A DNA stretch of 64,000 bases from the IMG/VR virus record IMGVR_UViG_3300022862_000263. One strand, 5' to 3'. Positions 62,172-64,000 of the stretch are shown here, one piece after another. This DNA comes from a virus (lineage: Duplodnaviria > Heunggongvirae > Uroviricota > Caudoviricetes). The position numbers and the translations under genes were made by a program. The number at the start of each line of letters is the position of its first letter. Position 1 is the first letter of the stretch. The notes beneath the pieces are model-generated. The model saw nothing but the letters and a program-made list of their open reading frames with translations. It had not been told where the DNA came from and did not search any database.

Positions 62172-62701
62172 GTTGATTTATTTATGGTGTTTTACCGGAG
62201 ACGTCATTTTTAGTTATTATCGCGATATCCAGGCTGTCGTGTCTTATATTTGTCAGGAGACCGTTGCTCAATTAAAGATTAACTAAATATTTTAACCTGG
62301 TATCTCTAGCTGGGCTACCGTGATTAGCCCAGCATGCTGATCAGCAGAAGAATCCATAGAAAGTCCAACCTGGACGCTGGTTCATCAGGGGAGGGCTTAG
62401 GCGTCATCGACTAATCTTTAAGTCTATCCAGGATCCAGATTGCGACAGTTAACAAATTGACTTGAGCTAAGCTAGGCTTTGGCCGTAGTTTGGATGGGGC
62501 TTACATTTTCTGAAACTGCCTTTAGGGTGTCAGAGTAACTGAATAAAAACTTGTCGACACCCATACCTTCCGGCCTAAGCCCTCCGTTTATTTTGTTTGC
62601 CAAAAGCCTGAAGAATTGAAAGGCCTGCAAAGCTCAAATTAATATGAACAGTTTAAGTTTACCATGCGCTCAATTCTTCTGGGTTGGTTTATGTAATTTA
62701 G

Positions 62702-64000
62702 CTATCCACGATCCTTCAACCCAAGGCGCTTAACTGACCTCGCCCGCTCTTCATCTTGCGTATTGTAGTAGGTGTCTTGGGTAGTTTTCATACTCTCGTG
62801 ACGAAGATCGGCCTGCAAATCCTTGGTCTGCCGATGGGGGGCATCGAAGGTCGCTGAGGTATGTCGCAGCCAGTGTAAGGATGCTGAGCGAAGGCTATCC
62901 ATCTCATCCTCTGTACGGCCTTCGCTCTGCATGCGCTCCAGGGCCTTATCGAACACCTCCTGCAGCAGCAGGCGGATATGGCGGTCGGACAGGCCAGAGC
63001 GGCCAGACAGCGTCTTCAGTAGCGGCGTGTTGTCATCAGGGGAGGGCAGTGGCGTCAGATTCAGGTGCGCCCGATACCGCTTGAGGTAGTCCAGGTAGTC
63101 GTCACGTACGCTGATCTTGGCCTTCTTGTTACCCTTACCAACGACGTGGTACCACCAGTTCCCCTGACTGTCTTTGCGAAAATCTTTCATTCGCGGCGTC
63201 CAGTTATCGCGACCGACCATGTCAGATACCCGCAGGTACATGGAGAATGCTGTAGCCAGGATGAACAAGGTGCGCTCGTGCGTCGACGACTCGTTGGCCA
63301 TGGCCTCAGCGGTTTCCAGAACGTAATCCCACTGGAAGGGGGTTAGTGCCTTGGTTGAACTGATGTCTGTGTTGCGCTGCTTATACTTAGATTTTTGCTT
63401 GATGGCCTGCACTGGATTGGCTCTATCAGTCAGGCCTTCGTCCGTGGCGTACTTGAAAAAGCTGCCACAAACGGCAAAAACCTGGCCAACCGAGCCCTGC
63501 GACATCTCATAAGGTTTGTCCTCAACCTCCCGATTTTGCTCTTTGGCGAGCTTTAGCGAGCTTTTCGAGTGAGTGATGTTGAAGGGCCGCCAGGCATCAT
63601 TGACCTCGTAGGGGTCAGATTCTGAGGCTTTTCGACCACCAATTCGGCGAAATCGAGCTTTTACGATAGGGCCGATCCATTCCGGCAAGGGATTGAGGCA
63701 GAACTCCATGAAGCGCTCGGCGTCGCTGCGGCTCAGCTCGAGGAGCGGCTTCTTGGCCACGATCAGCGACCAGAGGAGCATACGCTCAACATGGGTGCGG
63801 TACGAATTGAAGGTAGCTTCGTTGCCGGCGTAAGACCTGAGAAAACCTCTGACAGCCTTGTAGCCATCGACCGCCTGGAGGTTTTCCGGGAAGGAAGCCA
63901 GGTATTCTTTGACAACGGGAAGCTCAACGATTAGGTTGTTGAAATTCAGATCGTGAAACTTCTTGTAGGTGTCGAACATCGGTAAGGGTTTGGCAGCCAC
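62702..64000 (-). CDS. tyrosine recombinase/phage-type integrase (N-terminus at or beyond window edge)
   Basis: C-terminal catalytic region HWLRHTSATF...LRHESMKTTQDTYYN (R..H.xR..Y). Large N-terminal domain as in island and phage integrases. The ORF runs to the window end. Confidence 0.7.
   Translation of the reverse strand: MAAKPLPMFDTYKKFHDLNFNNLIVELPVVKEYLASFPENLQAVDGYKAVRGFLRSYAGNEATFNSYRTHVERMLLWSLIVAKKPLLELSRSDAERFMEFCLNPLPEWIGPIVKARFRRIGGRKASESDPYEVNDAWRPFNITHSKSSLKLAKEQNREVEDKPYEMSQGSVGQVFAVCGSFFKYATDEGLTDRANPVQAIKQKSKYKQRNTDISSTKALTPFQWDYVLETAEAMANESSTHERTLFILATAFSMYLRVSDMVGRDNWTPRMKDFRKDSQGNWWYHVVGKGNKKAKISVRDDYLDYLKRYRAHLNLTPLPSPDDNTPLLKTLSGRSGLSDRHIRLLLQEVFDKALERMQSEGRTEDEMDSLRSASLHWLRHTSATFDAPHRQTKDLQADLRHESMKTTQDTYYNTQDEERARSVKRLGLKDRG

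Noticed and set aside
62180-62700. Scanned for a tRNA or tmRNA gene next to the integrase
   Set aside because: No acceptor-stem or T-arm complementarity evident by eye. Cannot be excluded without tRNAscan.

Overview
This window is a mosaic accessory region with a Pseudomonas-like signature. The gyrA product is near-identical to Pseudomonas GyrA, and the window also encodes Cmk, a DciA-like protein and a GreA-like factor. The sequence alternates between ~55-60% GC stretches and several low-GC (~40%) cassettes.

Main contents:
- Minus-strand type I-F CRISPR effector cassette at the 5' edge: cas8f/csy1, cas5f/csy2, cas7f/csy3, cas6f/csy4. No cas1 or cas2-3 sits upstream of csy1, and no array lies in the 70 bp that follow cas6f.
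- Two arrays of ~44-bp periodic hairpin repeats (core tcaaaaccac..gtgg) flanking a small ORF.
- An ATP-dependent DNA ligase and a proteasome-like Ntn protein.
- A hipBA toxin-antitoxin pair.
- A small HD-domain (p)ppGpp-hydrolase-like gene.
- gyrA followed, atypically, by three unknown ORFs and then cmk. The usual serC-pheA-hisC-tyrA block is absent.
- Two related ART-fold (H-Y-E type) proteins, one next to a degenerate-motif Fic protein.
- HAD and PPP-phosphatase genes, an orphan DinJ/RelB antitoxin and a UvrD-like helicase.
- A six-gene minus-strand operon: radical SAM (628 aa, CxxxCxxC), thymidylate-kinase-like P-loop kinase, GreA/Gre-family factor, HD phosphohydrolase and two unknowns. A WYL-domain (BrxR/CapW-like) regulator is transcribed divergently and is translationally coupled to a SIS-like protein.
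- An nfeD-flotillin pair.
- An Abi_2 (AbiD/F-like) abortive-infection gene flanked by two paralogous multi-HTH-repeat genes.
- A CoiA-like protein, low-GC cargo (GNAT fusion, acidic protein) and a partial tyrosine integrase at the 3' edge.

The most novel candidates are the radical-SAM/kinase/Gre/HD operon with its WYL regulator, and the Cas1/Cas2-3-less Csy cassette next to the hairpin-repeat arrays.
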